A DNA stretch of 60,844 nt from an uncultured Gordonia sp. (GCA_964513715.1 CAZEOP010000001.1:1-60844); one strand, 5' to 3'; counted from the first letter of the stretch, positions 21,389 to 32,362 are shown. A program made the numbers and translations. Notes: generated by a model from the letters alone, not told the origin.

Positions 21389-22135
21389 GTGAGCAAGAAG
21401 CCTGCGCCCGCGCCGAAAGAGAACCCGGACTACACGCCGCGAGCGGCGTCGAACACGTCCACCTATCTGCTCGCCGGGATCGGCGTGCTGGTGCTCGCCG
21501 CCGTGATCGGCGGCTTCCTGTGGAACGCCAACAAGAGCTATCCGCCGGTCGACGACAAGGTGCTCGCCGAGAACGCCTCGTTCATCGTGGGGGAGCGGAC
21601 GGCGCCGGTGACCGTCGACGTCTTCGAGGACTTCGCCTGCCCACACTGCCGCGACTTCGAGGAGCGCTCGGGCAACTCGCTGGCCGCGGCGACCCAGGCC
21701 GGCCAGCTGCGGGTGCGCTACCACCTGCTGACCTTCCTGGATTCGCGCTCGCCGTCGGGCGACTACTCCTCACGCGGTGCGGGGGCGATCCTCTGCGTCG
21801 CGCGACACGGCGACGTCCGGGTCTTCCAGCGCCTGCACTCGGACCTGTTCGCCAAGGCCCCCGGTCAGGATGCGCAGAGCGATCTGACCAACGAGCAGAT
21901 GGCCGAACTCGCCGTCGCGGCCGGGGCGAACGAGGACACCCGCCGGTGCATCGCCGACGGCGCCGCGGTGGCCGACGCGCAGGAGATGGCGAAGACCTCC
22001 GAGAAGCAGCTGGCCAACTCCAACGACGGCCAGGTGGCCACCCCGACCGTCCTGGTCGCGGGCGAGCAGGTGGAGGGAATCATGGACGACGATGCCTGGG
22101 TCGCCCGCCTGATCGACACCGGCGGCACCAAGTAG
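21389..22135 (+). CDS. Membrane-anchored DsbA/thioredoxin-like protein
   Basis: FEDFACPHC motif, ATPTV cis-Pro loop, N-terminal TM; TAGAGT -10 upstream of GTG. Confidence 0.9.
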   Translation: MSKKPAPAPKENPDYTPRAASNTSTYLLAGIGVLVLAAVIGGFLWNANKSYPPVDDKVLAENASFIVGERTAPVTVDVFEDFACPHCRDFEERSGNSLAAATQAGQLRVRYHLLTFLDSRSPSGDYSSRGAGAILCVARHGDVRVFQRLHSDLFAKAPGQDAQSDLTNEQMAELAVAAGANEDTRRCIADGAAVADAQEMAKTSEKQLANSNDGQVATPTVLVAGEQVEGIMDDDAWVARLIDTGGTK

Positions 22136-22149
22136 CGGATCACTCGCGC

Positions 22150-23631
22150 CTACGTCGGTCGGATTGTCGACGGCTCTACATAGGTGATTCGGCCGTTGTC
22201 TTCGATGACGATGTGCCGCTCGTAGACGCCGAATGCCGAATCGACGGTTTCGCAGATTAGCTCGCCGATGACCTCACGGCGAGGGTCGTCGACGTCGGGA
22301 GGGGAAACCCCCGCTTCGATGTCGTTGTGTCGGCCGTCGAAATTCCAGAGATGTGCTCGTACCCGGTCACCTGGTGCCGGCTGAGCGGGGTCTCGGTCAG
22401 TCATCGGCGGGTACCTCCAGAGATCGAGAACCCTGTCGGCGACGGCTGAGTCGGTCACTCGGGCACCGTGCAGCGCTTCGGCGCAGTCGGCGAGGGAGTC
22501 GTGCGCGCGGACGACGCCGATCTCGGCCAGGTCGTCGTGGAGTTCCGAGAGATACGCCTCCGGTGCGTCGCGCAGCGACTGAAGAACGAAGACGTGCCCG
22601 AGGCCGCTCGTCGGAACCTTTGCTTTGCCGACGATGAGTGCGGGCGCCTCGAAGGCGTAGTCGTCATCGCCGGATCCAGCGAACTCGATCAAGACGTCGC
22701 CGACGCGATAGCGCGACCGCCGAGGCGTCGGATCCCACCACTGTCGCCGCACTCGGCCGATCGACCTCCTCGTGTCCGACTGCAGGTCGCGGGCTGCTTC
22801 TTCGACGTCGTCGGGCCATTCGTCGTGTTCGGCCTCGACGAAGTGCAGGCGGGTCACGGGGCGCGGCGGAAACGCTTCGGTCTCGGTGATTCCGGGGACG
22901 GGCGGGCGCGGGCCGGATTCTTTGACCAGCTTGCGGGCGCGGGCGACGAACTTGCCATCGATCCTCTCGGCGTTCGCCGCGAGATCGGTGACCATGCCGC
23001 GAACACCGGCGATGATCGCGGGGTCATCGGTCAGGATCGCGGCCTCGTCAGATCGGTTCGAGGTCGTCGAGGCGTTCGACGATCCGACCACCGCGGATCT
23101 CTTGGTTGCGATGACTTTCGCGTGCAGAGCCGAATAACTGTAGAGCTGCACACCACGATCGAGGAATGCGGCCAACGCGGCAGGTGATGTAGCTCCTGCG
23201 GCGAGCGCATGATCGCCGGCATTGACGACGAGGATGTCGCGAGGCCCGAACTTCTTCAGAAGCTCAGGTGCTGCCTCACCGACGAAGGCGATCGCCGCCC
23301 GGCGAGGACCTGCCTTCTTCGCGACGTCGGTCAAGTGATCCCAGAGGCGAGGCCCGTAGAGCAATTCCATTGTCGGTTCGATGCGCTCTTCGAAGTAGGG
23401 AGTGTCGTCTTCGGACCAGCAGTGGCCGCACACCGAACACTCCCGGTTCTGATCGCCGGGGGTCACGGTGCAACCCGCGAACGAGACCCACTCCGGTGCC
23501 GATTCAGCGAACACCGGGTTGGGCATTCCTCTGATGATGTGCTCGACTTCTGGGCTGTCACACGCCGGGCAGGAGCCGCGTGGTACCGGGTAAGCCGTGG
23601 CGACGGAGTTGGGTGGAGGGAACGACCGCAT
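22150..23631 (-). CDS. Zn-ribbon + phospholipase-D-superfamily nuclease + small C-terminal domain fusion
   Basis: CPAC...GC...CSVCGHCW; LHAKVIAT...VGSSNAS...DEAAIL (single HxK...GSxN motif); atypical codon usage. Confidence 0.75.
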   Translation of the reverse strand: MRSFPPPNSVATAYPVPRGSCPACDSPEVEHIIRGMPNPVFAESAPEWVSFAGCTVTPGDQNRECSVCGHCWSEDDTPYFEERIEPTMELLYGPRLWDHLTDVAKKAGPRRAAIAFVGEAAPELLKKFGPRDILVVNAGDHALAAGATSPAALAAFLDRGVQLYSYSALHAKVIATKRSAVVGSSNASTTSNRSDEAAILTDDPAIIAGVRGMVTDLAANAERIDGKFVARARKLVKESGPRPPVPGITETEAFPPRPVTRLHFVEAEHDEWPDDVEEAARDLQSDTRRSIGRVRRQWWDPTPRRSRYRVGDVLIEFAGSGDDDYAFEAPALIVGKAKVPTSGLGHVFVLQSLRDAPEAYLSELHDDLAEIGVVRAHDSLADCAEALHGARVTDSAVADRVLDLWRYPPMTDRDPAQPAPGDRVRAHLWNFDGRHNDIEAGVSPPDVDDPRREVIGELICETVDSAFGVYERHIVIEDNGRITYVEPSTIRPT

Positions 23632-23637
23632 GCACCC

Positions 23638-23659
23638 ACTATTTCACCCGCATCCGACA
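23638..23659 (-). promoter_or_regulatory. PafBC/RecA-NDp-type DNA-damage promoter for the PLD gene
   Basis: Minus strand TGTCGG-ATGCGGGTGA(10 nt)-AATAGT-6 nt-ATG; -10 is one mismatch from TANNNT. Confidence 0.6.
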
Positions 23660-23705
23660 GATTCGGCGTCTCGCGAAGTGGCCGCCCCGGATCCTGGCGG
23701 ACCGT

Positions 23706-24662
23706 TTAGTGCTGCTCCGGCATGGTCAGGCGGCGCGACCAGTCGGACAACCGTGCGGCGAACTCGGGCGGCTCCGCACACAAGACCGGGCAGCCGGAGA
23801 ATCCGACGACCGCGGCCGCCCAGTCGAGTGAGTCGGTGTCGATCTCGATGCGACACCGGTGCGGGCCGAGCGCGGTGACCGTCGCCCAACTGCCCAGCTC
23901 ACCGGCGACGACCGGGGCGGCACCGGCCACCTCGGCCGTCGCGCAGAGGCCCGGCCGTCCGGCCACCGCGCGGCGCACGAACGCGGCGGCATCGCCGCCC
24001 GGTATCTGTCGGCGACCGAACTGCCGGCCGATGCTGCGGACCTCGGTCATCCGGTCGAGGCGGAAGGAGCGCCAGTCCGAGCGCTCCAGATCGTAGGCGA
24101 CCAGATACCAGCGCCGGCCCAGAGTCACCAGGTGGTGCGGCTCGGTGCGGCGCACGCTCCGGGTGCCGTCGGCGGCGGTGTAGCCGAAGGCGATCTGCTC
24201 GTCGTCGCGACAGGCGCGGGCCGTTCCCGCCAGGGTCTCGAAATCGGTCCGGGTACCCGACCACGCGCGCTCGGCGCTGACGGTGACGGCCTTGAGCGCC
24301 TCGACTCGCCGGCGCAGGCGGGCCGGCATCACCGGGATCACCTTGGCCAGGGCCCGCGCCGAGGTCTCGGCGATGTCGGCGATCGGAGATTGCGCCGACG
24401 TGAGGAGGCCGACGGCCACCGACACCGCCTCGTCGTCGTCGAGCAGCAACGGCGGCAGGGAGGCGCCGTGTGCCAGCTGATAGCCGCCGCCGACGCCGCG
24501 GTCCGCGTCCACCGGATAGCCGAGTTCACGCAGCCGGTCGACGTCGCGCCGCACGGTGCGCAGCGAGACGCCGAGTTCGTCGGCCAACTCGGTCCCGAGC
24601 CAGAAGCGGCGAGTCTGCAGCAGGGAGAGAAGGCGCAACAGCCGGGATCCGGTATCGCTCAT
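23706..24662 (-). CDS. HTH-WYL transcriptional regulator (YafY family)
   Basis: RLLRLLSLLQ..LADELGVSLRTVRRDVDRLRELGYPV; RRWYLVAYD..WRSFRLDRM. Confidence 0.93.
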   Translation of the reverse strand: MSDTGSRLLRLLSLLQTRRFWLGTELADELGVSLRTVRRDVDRLRELGYPVDADRGVGGGYQLAHGASLPPLLLDDDEAVSVAVGLLTSAQSPIADIAETSARALAKVIPVMPARLRRRVEALKAVTVSAERAWSGTRTDFETLAGTARACRDDEQIAFGYTAADGTRSVRRTEPHHLVTLGRRWYLVAYDLERSDWRSFRLDRMTEVRSIGRQFGRRQIPGGDAAAFVRRAVAGRPGLCATAEVAGAAPVVAGELGSWATVTALGPHRCRIEIDTDSLDWAAAVVGFSGCPVLCAEPPEFAARLSDWSRRLTMPEQH

Positions 24663-24692
24663 CGTTGCCGCCCTCGGCCATCGGAAATAGGT

Positions 24693-24705
24693 GACAGAAA
24701 CTGTC
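24693..24705. promoter_or_regulatory. Putative WYL-regulator operator
   Basis: GACAG-AAA-CTGTC palindrome in the divergent spacer; TAGCGT -10 at 24718. Confidence 0.55.
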
Positions 24706-24761
24706 CGCAATGGATCGTAGCGTGACGGGCACCAGACGATCCACGATGAAATGAGGACACC

Positions 24762-25289
24762 ATGAGCACCACGATTTCCGGTGAGCGCGCCGACCTGCTG
24801 GCCGCCCTCGGGCAGGCCCGATTCTTCCTCCGGTACACCGCCCGGGACCTGTCCACCGAGCAGGCCTCGCAGCGGACCACGGTCGGCACCCTGACCATCG
24901 GCGGCCTGATCAAGCACGTCGCCCTGGTCGAAGCGGGCTGGGCGGGCTTCTGTAGTCGTGGCGCCGAGGCGCTCAGCCACGGGAAGGACTTCAGCGAGCT
25001 GACCGAGGCGGACTTCGCCGAGCGGGAGAAGGAGTTCGCCTTGCAGCCGGACGAGACTCTCGAAGGAGTGCTGTCCGGCTACGCCGAGGTGGCCGCGCGC
25101 ACCGACGAACTGATCGCGACGGTCGAGTCCCTCGACACCCGCCACCGGCTGCCCGACGCGCCGTGGTTCACCGACGCGGAATGGTCGATCCGGCGCGTCA
25201 TCGTGCACCTGATCGCCGAGACGGCGCAGCACGCCGGCCACGCCGACATCCTCCGTGAGTCCCTCGACGGCGCGCAGAGCATGGCCTGA
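24762..25289 (+). CDS. DinB/DUF664 family protein (mycothiol-transferase-like)
   Basis: TIGGLIKHVALVE..W; HLIAETAQHAGHADILRESLDG. Confidence 0.9.
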   Translation: MSTTISGERADLLAALGQARFFLRYTARDLSTEQASQRTTVGTLTIGGLIKHVALVEAGWAGFCSRGAEALSHGKDFSELTEADFAEREKEFALQPDETLEGVLSGYAEVAARTDELIATVESLDTRHRLPDAPWFTDAEWSIRRVIVHLIAETAQHAGHADILRESLDGAQSMA

Positions 25290-25398
25290 CTCCGTACGGC
25301 GGGGCCGCCCGCAACCGCGATTGCGCTCGCCGTGATGGTGCAGAGCTCCGGCTCTCGGCCGGCGGGACGATCTCGGTGCACTCGGGGGTTTTCGATGC

Positions 25399-25438
25399 GA
25401 AACGGCCCGGTCAGAAATGTCTCTGACCGGGCCGTTTC
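25399..25438. terminator. Hairpin downstream of tRNA-Ala and convergent dinB
   Basis: 17-bp perfect stem GAAACGGCCCGGTCAGA / TCTGACCGGGCCGTTTC. Confidence 0.85.
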
Positions 25439-25442
25439 TCGG

Positions 25443-25515
25443 TGGAGCTAAGGGGACTCGAACCCCTGACCCCCACACTGCCAGTGTGGTGCGCTACCAG
25501 CTGCGCCATAGCCCC
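25443..25515 (-). tRNA. tRNA-Ala(GGC), CCA not encoded
   Basis: GGGGCTATGGCGCAGCTGGTAGCGCACCACACTGGCAGTGTGGGGGTCAGGGGTTCGAGTCCCCTTAGCTCCA. Confidence 0.97.
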
Positions 25516-25626
25516 GTATTCGGTTGTGCGCTCTCTCAAGCGCGCTACCGAAACTACAGCATCGGCCGCGACTCGGCCAAATCGCGAGGTCGGTGGACTC
25601 GCGCGGCCCGCGAGTCGCCGGTGCGA

Positions 25627-26418
25627 CTACCGGCCCAGGGTGTACGCGGTCATCGACAGGGAGCCTGCGGCGTAGCCCTCGATCAGCTGGTCCAGCGGCT
25701 CGTCGCCGGCCAGTCCGGCCAGGTAGATCATCGGCAGGAAATGATCGGGGGTGGGTACGGCCTTCGCGAAGTCCGGGTGCCCGGTGAGGACGCCGATGTC
25801 GGCCGGCGCCTCGCGCAGCAGGTCGGCGGCGGCCTCGTCGAACCGCCGCGCCCAGGCGTAGGCGCCGTCGGGCCGGGAGAAGTCGACGGCCCGCAGGTTG
25901 TGCACGATGTTCCCGCTGCCGATGATCAGCACGCCCTGCTCGCGCAGCGGCGCGAGCTTGCGGCCCAGCTCCAAGTGGTAGTCGAGGCTGCGCTCGGCGT
26001 TGATCGACAACTGCACCACCGGGATCGACGCCTCCGGGAAGGCGTGCCGCAGCACCGACCAGGTCCCGTGGTCCAGGCCCCAACTGTCGGTGTCCATGCC
26101 GACCCAGGTGGGCTCGGCGATGTCCGCGACGAGGCCCGCGATCTCGGGGTCGCCGGGAGCCGGGTACTGCACGTCGAACAGCGCCTGCGGGAAGCCGTAG
26201 AAGTCGTGGATGGTGCGCGGCAACGGCATCGCGGTCACCGCGGTCGCGTTGATGTACCAGTGCGCGGAGATCACCAGGATGGCGCGCGGGGTGGGCACCG
26301 ACCGCCCGAACGACTGCCACGCCCGCGTATAGCGGTTGTCTTCCAGGGCGTTCATCGGGTTCCCGTGACCCAGGAAGGCGGCGGGCATCGGGGCGGTCCG
26401 GCCGGGCGGAGTGGACAT
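25627..26418 (-). CDS. ygiD: 4,5-DOPA extradiol dioxygenase (YgiD/LigB family)
   Basis: GHGNPMNAL, ISAHW, TIHDFYGFP, GLDHGTW, GSGNIVHNL, PTPDHFLP. Confidence 0.93.
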   Translation of the reverse strand: MSTPPGRTAPMPAAFLGHGNPMNALEDNRYTRAWQSFGRSVPTPRAILVISAHWYINATAVTAMPLPRTIHDFYGFPQALFDVQYPAPGDPEIAGLVADIAEPTWVGMDTDSWGLDHGTWSVLRHAFPEASIPVVQLSINAERSLDYHLELGRKLAPLREQGVLIIGSGNIVHNLRAVDFSRPDGAYAWARRFDEAAADLLREAPADIGVLTGHPDFAKAVPTPDHFLPMIYLAGLAGDEPLDQLIEGYAAGSLSMTAYTLGR

Positions 26419-26499
26419 CGGCGCCTCCTTGCTGTGCGTGCCTCGAGGCTACTGCTCCGTCGTCACGGCAGCGCCGATCCGGCGCCGTAGGCTGAACGG

Positions 26500-27780
26500 G
26501 TGCGTTCACCGATCCCGGACTACCTCGCCACGGCGCTGAGGTCGGTGGAGGCCGACGACTCCGGCGCCACCGCCGACTACATCCCCGAACTGGCCGACGC
26601 CGACCCCGACCGGCTGGCCGCGTCGCTGTGCACCGTCGACGGGCACCTCTACTCGGCCGGAGATTCGGCCGCCGCGTTCAGCATCCAGTCCATCTCCAAG
26701 CCCTTCGTCTACGCCCTCGCGCTGGCCGACCGCGGCTTCGACGATGTCCTGGCGAAGGTGTGGGTGGAGCCCAGCGGCGATGCCTTCAACGAGATCTCCC
26801 TGGAGCCGGACAGCGGCCGCCCGCGCAATCCGATGATCAACGCCGGTGCCATCACGGTGAACAGCCTGGTCGGTCCGGCCGGCGCGACGCCGATGGAGCG
26901 CTACGCGCGGATCGTCGACGGGCTGAGCGCCTTCGCCGGCCGCCGCTTGGCGCTCGACGAGGCCGTCTACGAGTCCGAGCTGCAGCACGCCTACCGCAAT
27001 CGCGCGCTGGCCAACATGCTGCGCGCGCACGAGATCATCGACGAGGACCCGCTGGTCGCCGTCGCCGGCTACACCCGGCAGTGCTCGCTGCTGGTGACCG
27101 TCGACGACCTCGCCGTGATGGCGGCGACACTGGCCAACCGCGGCATCAACCCGGTGACCGGCCGCCCGGTGGTCTCGGCCCGCGTGGTGCGCCAGGTGCT
27201 CAGCGTCATGTCGACGTGCGGCATGCACGACGGCGCCGGCGACTGGATGACCCGCGTCGGCGTGCCCGCCAAGAGCGGAGTCTCCGGCGGCCTGATCGGC
27301 GCGCTGCCCGGCCAGGTGGGGATCGCCACCTTCTCGCCGCGCCTGGACCCGCACGGCAACAGCGTGCGCGGGGTGGACCTGTTCCAGCGGTTCACCGCCG
27401 ACATGGGCATGCACCTGATGGACGTGCCGGTCACCGCGACGTCGGTGCTGCGCGACCGGCGGGTCGACGGCGCGGGCCCGGGCGCGGTGGAATCGCTGGA
27501 ACTGCAGGGCGACTTGCGCTTCACCACCGCCGAACGCGTCGTCCGCGACCTGGAGCTGCGGCCGCCGTCGGCGCCGCGCATCGTGATCGACCTGGAACGC
27601 GTCGGCAGCGTGGACGAGGTGGGTCGCCGGGTGCTGCTGGAGGCCGTGCGGAGGCTGACCCTCGACGGCCACGAGCTTTACCTGGTCGACCCGGAGGCTG
27701 TCCTGCCCGAGCCGGATCCGGGCGACGGCGGCCGGCTCACGGTGATCGACGGCCCGGACGCGCTCGTCGGCCGGGAGTGA
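26500..27780 (+). CDS. glsA: Glutaminase with C-terminal STAS-like domain
   Basis: ADYIPELA, FSIQSISKPF, NPMINAGAI, PAKSGVSGG, GNSVRG. Confidence 0.93.
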   Translation: MRSPIPDYLATALRSVEADDSGATADYIPELADADPDRLAASLCTVDGHLYSAGDSAAAFSIQSISKPFVYALALADRGFDDVLAKVWVEPSGDAFNEISLEPDSGRPRNPMINAGAITVNSLVGPAGATPMERYARIVDGLSAFAGRRLALDEAVYESELQHAYRNRALANMLRAHEIIDEDPLVAVAGYTRQCSLLVTVDDLAVMAATLANRGINPVTGRPVVSARVVRQVLSVMSTCGMHDGAGDWMTRVGVPAKSGVSGGLIGALPGQVGIATFSPRLDPHGNSVRGVDLFQRFTADMGMHLMDVPVTATSVLRDRRVDGAGPGAVESLELQGDLRFTTAERVVRDLELRPPSAPRIVIDLERVGSVDEVGRRVLLEAVRRLTLDGHELYLVDPEAVLPEPDPGDGGRLTVIDGPDALVGRE

Positions 27781-27829
27781 CACGCGATTCTCCTGCACCG
27801 CGGCGGGCGCGCTCGCTAGAGTGCCGGCC

Positions 27830-28240
27830 ATGACGACTCGTCTTCGGTTCCTCGCTGTTGTTCCGCTCGCCGCGGCCCTGCTGGCCGCCGGGTGCAGCAC
27901 CGCCGATTCCGGCGCCCCCGCGTCGCCGACGTCGTCGGCGGCCTCCGCTGCGGTCTCGGAGCCGGCCGCCGGCCCCACCGGAGCGCCCATCGGCACGGCG
28001 ACCATCGAGGTGCAGGGCTCGGGCACGGCGACCATCCGGTACTCCATCAACGGCGCCGCCGAGCAGGTGGCCGAGAACGTCGCGCTGCCGTGGTCCACGG
28101 AGTACGAGGTCTACCCGAAGATCAGCACCAAGGCTCGCGCGGAGGGTGCCGGAGCCGCCGGCTGCACCATCATGATGGACGGCAAGCTGGTCTCCTTCGT
28201 CACCGGGCCGAACCCCGAGTGCACCTTCGCGTACTACTGA
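27830..28240 (+). CDS. Lipoprotein with MmpS-like domain
   Basis: Lipobox AAGC; VALPW..., GCTI..DG.......PEC pattern. Confidence 0.7.
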   Translation: MTTRLRFLAVVPLAAALLAAGCSTADSGAPASPTSSAASAAVSEPAAGPTGAPIGTATIEVQGSGTATIRYSINGAAEQVAENVALPWSTEYEVYPKISTKARAEGAGAAGCTIMMDGKLVSFVTGPNPECTFAYY

Positions 28241-28276
28241 CGTTCCGCCCGTCGACGGGGGAGCGCGCCCGAGATC

Positions 28277-29002
28277 TCAGCGTTTCCCGGGGTCCCGGCC
28301 GGCCTGCACGGCCAGCCCGGTGAGCAGCAGGTCCAGGCCGCCCCGGAACTGATCGGTGTCGTCGTGGCCGTCGAACTCGTCGACGATGAAGTGCACGAAC
28401 GGGTACTCGCCCGGGTCCAGGGAGCGCCACTGGTCGGCCGCGCGGCCCAGGTATTCGGCCGGGGTCACGGTCCCGTCGAGCACCTCCGCCGGAGGCTGCT
28501 GGCCCAGATCCGTCGCAGTCCCGACCACATAGCCGATGATCGCCGAGCACGCGTAGAAGGCCTGCCGCGGCGTCAGTCCCAGGCGCAGGACCTCCTGGCC
28601 GATGCGCTCGTACAGCGCGAGGCTGTTCTGCTGGGTGCCGGTGTTGCGCATCAGGTACGAGCCCAGCCAGGGGCGCTGGACGACGGCGTCGAACAGCGCC
28701 CACGCGATGGCTCGTAGATCGTCGATGGGATCGCCGGCCCCGGCGAATCGGTCCGTGGCCGCCAGGACGTCGCCGAGGACGTGGTCGGTGGCCCGGTCGA
28801 GCAGCTCGTCCTTGTTGTCGATGTACCAGTAGATGCTGGCCACGCCGCCGCCGAGTCTGGCGGCCAGAGCGCGGAAGGTGAGCGCGGGCTCCCCGGCTTC
28901 GTCGAGCAGGGCGACGGCCTCGGAGACCACCGCCTCGAGCGAGTGGGAGGCGCGGCGGCGGCCGCGCGGGCGCGCGGCGGTGTCCTCGGACGGGGTCGGC
29001 AT
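28277..29002 (-). CDS. TetR family regulator (TetR_C type)
   Basis: AVALLDEAGEPALTFRALAARLGGGVASIYWYIDNKDELL. Confidence 0.92.
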   Translation of the reverse strand: MPTPSEDTAARPRGRRRASHSLEAVVSEAVALLDEAGEPALTFRALAARLGGGVASIYWYIDNKDELLDRATDHVLGDVLAATDRFAGAGDPIDDLRAIAWALFDAVVQRPWLGSYLMRNTGTQQNSLALYERIGQEVLRLGLTPRQAFYACSAIIGYVVGTATDLGQQPPAEVLDGTVTPAEYLGRAADQWRSLDPGEYPFVHFIVDEFDGHDDTDQFRGGLDLLLTGLAVQAGRDPGKR

Positions 29003-29030
29003 GGCTCCCATCATTCCCTCTTGCGCTGAA

Positions 29031-29083
29031 TCGAACAACGTTCTAGTGTCTCGAACAACGTTCCATAACCGAACGATGTTCGA
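29031..29083. promoter_or_regulatory. Three tandem TetR operators (GAAC-N3-GTTC)
   Basis: TCGAACAACGTTCTA, TCGAACAACGTTCCA, CCGAACGATGTTCGA. Confidence 0.75.
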
Positions 29084-29127
29084 GACTGATCCTCGGACCC
29101 ATCGTCTTCCGACCCGGAGGTGCCCCC

Positions 29128-30597
29128 ATGCAGACCCTGACCGAATCCGCGCCGGCCGGCCCCGGCTCCGCGCGCACCTACCCCTCGCTGCGCGCGGCCT
29201 GGCTGCCGCTGGCCGCGCTGTGTCTGGCCTTCTTCGTCGAGATGGTCGACAACACGCTGCTGACCATCGCGCTGCCCACCATCGGCCGCGACCTGGGCGG
29301 CGGCACCCTCGCCCTGCAGTGGGTGACCGGCGCCTACTCGCTGACCTTCGGCGGGCTGCTGCTCACCGCCGGCTCGGCCGCCGACCGGATCGGCCGCCGC
29401 CGCGTGCTGCTCTGGGGGCTGGCCGCCTTCGGTCTCATCAGCGTCGGCGTCATCTGGGTGCACTCCGCCGCCGCGCTGATCGTGCTGCGCGCCGCCCTCG
29501 GCGTGGCTGCCGCGGCGATGGCGCCGGTGACGAACTCGCTGGTCTTCCGGCTGTTCGCCACCGAACAGCTCCGAATGCGCGCGATGACGATCATGATCGT
29601 CGTCGGCATGAGCGGGTTCATCCTCGGTCCGCTGATCGGCGGCTCCGCCCTGGCGCACCTCCGCTGGGAATGGCTGCTGCTGGTCAACGCGCCGATCGCC
29701 CTGCTGGCCTGGTTCGGGGTGCGGGTGGGCGTCGCGGCGGATCGTCCCGAGGACCTGAGTGGGGACCGGCTCGACCTGCCCGGTGCGCTCGCCTCGATCC
29801 TGACGATCGGCTTCGCCTGCTACACCCTCACCGTGGGCGTCCAGCACGGCTGGCTGTCCTGGCCGACCGCGGGCTGTCTGGCCGCCGCGGGCGCGGCGCT
29901 GGCCTTCTTCGTCTGGCACGAGCGTCGCACCGCCGCGCCCATGCTCGATCTGACGATCTTCCGTAACGGCACGATTCGGGGCGCGGCGATCGCGCAGATC
30001 GGCACCTCGCTGGCGATGGCAGGTCTGATGTTCGGCCTCATCCTGCACTTCCAGTACGCCTACGGGTGGAGCCCGATGAAGGCCGGCCTGGCCAATCTCC
30101 CGCTCATCGTCACCATGCTGGTCGCCACCCCGATCTCGGAGTGGCTGGGTCGGCGCTTCGGACACCGCATCGCCTGCCTGGTGGGGGCGGGGCTGCTGGC
30201 CGGCTCGCTGGTAGGTCTGGCCTGGGCCGTCGAGCACGGCTACCCGGCGATCGCGGTCTTCATGGTGGTCTTCACGCTCGGTCTACGCACCGTGATGACG
30301 ATCTGCGCGGTGGCCCTGGTCAGCGCGCTGCCGGAGAACCGGACCTCGATCGGCACCGCCCTGAACGACACCGCGCAGGAGATGGGCTCGAGCATCGGCA
30401 CCGCGGTGATCGGCACCGCGATCGCGGTCCTGGTCACCGCGGTCCTGCCCGACGGGGTCTGGAGCAGCGAGCTGGCGTCCTCGTTCTTCCATGGGGAGCG
30501 GCTGACCTACCTGGTGCTGGCCGTTGTGGTCGGCGTCGTCGCCGCCGCGGGAGCACTGAGCCTGACCGACTCGCACTCGGTGGAGGAACCGGTCTGA
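29128..30597 (+). CDS. MFS efflux transporter (DHA2, 14-TM)
   Basis: DNTLLTIALPTI, LQWVTGAYSL, GSAADRIGRRR. Confidence 0.92.
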   Translation: MQTLTESAPAGPGSARTYPSLRAAWLPLAALCLAFFVEMVDNTLLTIALPTIGRDLGGGTLALQWVTGAYSLTFGGLLLTAGSAADRIGRRRVLLWGLAAFGLISVGVIWVHSAAALIVLRAALGVAAAAMAPVTNSLVFRLFATEQLRMRAMTIMIVVGMSGFILGPLIGGSALAHLRWEWLLLVNAPIALLAWFGVRVGVAADRPEDLSGDRLDLPGALASILTIGFACYTLTVGVQHGWLSWPTAGCLAAAGAALAFFVWHERRTAAPMLDLTIFRNGTIRGAAIAQIGTSLAMAGLMFGLILHFQYAYGWSPMKAGLANLPLIVTMLVATPISEWLGRRFGHRIACLVGAGLLAGSLVGLAWAVEHGYPAIAVFMVVFTLGLRTVMTICAVALVSALPENRTSIGTALNDTAQEMGSSIGTAVIGTAIAVLVTAVLPDGVWSSELASSFFHGERLTYLVLAVVVGVVAAAGALSLTDSHSVEEPV

Positions 30598-30607
30598 TCG
30601 CCACCCT

Positions 30608-30658
30608 CGCAAACTGTCGAATCTGATACCTGGCGGGTATCAGATTCGACAGTTTGCG
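30608..30658. repeat. 23-bp perfect inverted repeat (terminator or REP/MITE-like)
   Basis: CGCAAACTGTCGAATCTGATACC-TGGCG-GGTATCAGATTCGACAGTTTGCG. Confidence 0.85.
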
Positions 30659-30706
30659 TGGGCCGGTGGGTTGGGAGCGTGCGCACCCGGGTGACACGAT
30701 GGGCCC

Positions 30707-32362
<1,656 letters not shown>

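Noticed and set aside
23706-25478. 590-aa WYL ORF starting inside the tRNA
   Set aside because: The N-terminal extension is antisense to dinB and runs through tRNA-Ala; the real start is ATG 24662
22136-25515. Prophage or ICE integrated at tRNA-Ala
   Set aside because: No integrase and no duplicated tRNA 3' end found in the nearby intergenic gaps
26500-27780. Glutaminase-STAS fusion as a novelty
   Set aside because: A known, common architecture in actinobacterial glutaminases
29031-29083. LexA/SOS boxes or a mini-CRISPR
   Set aside because: Spacer is N3 rather than N4, the units are too short and close for CRISPR, and no cas genes are present; the location fits TetR operators
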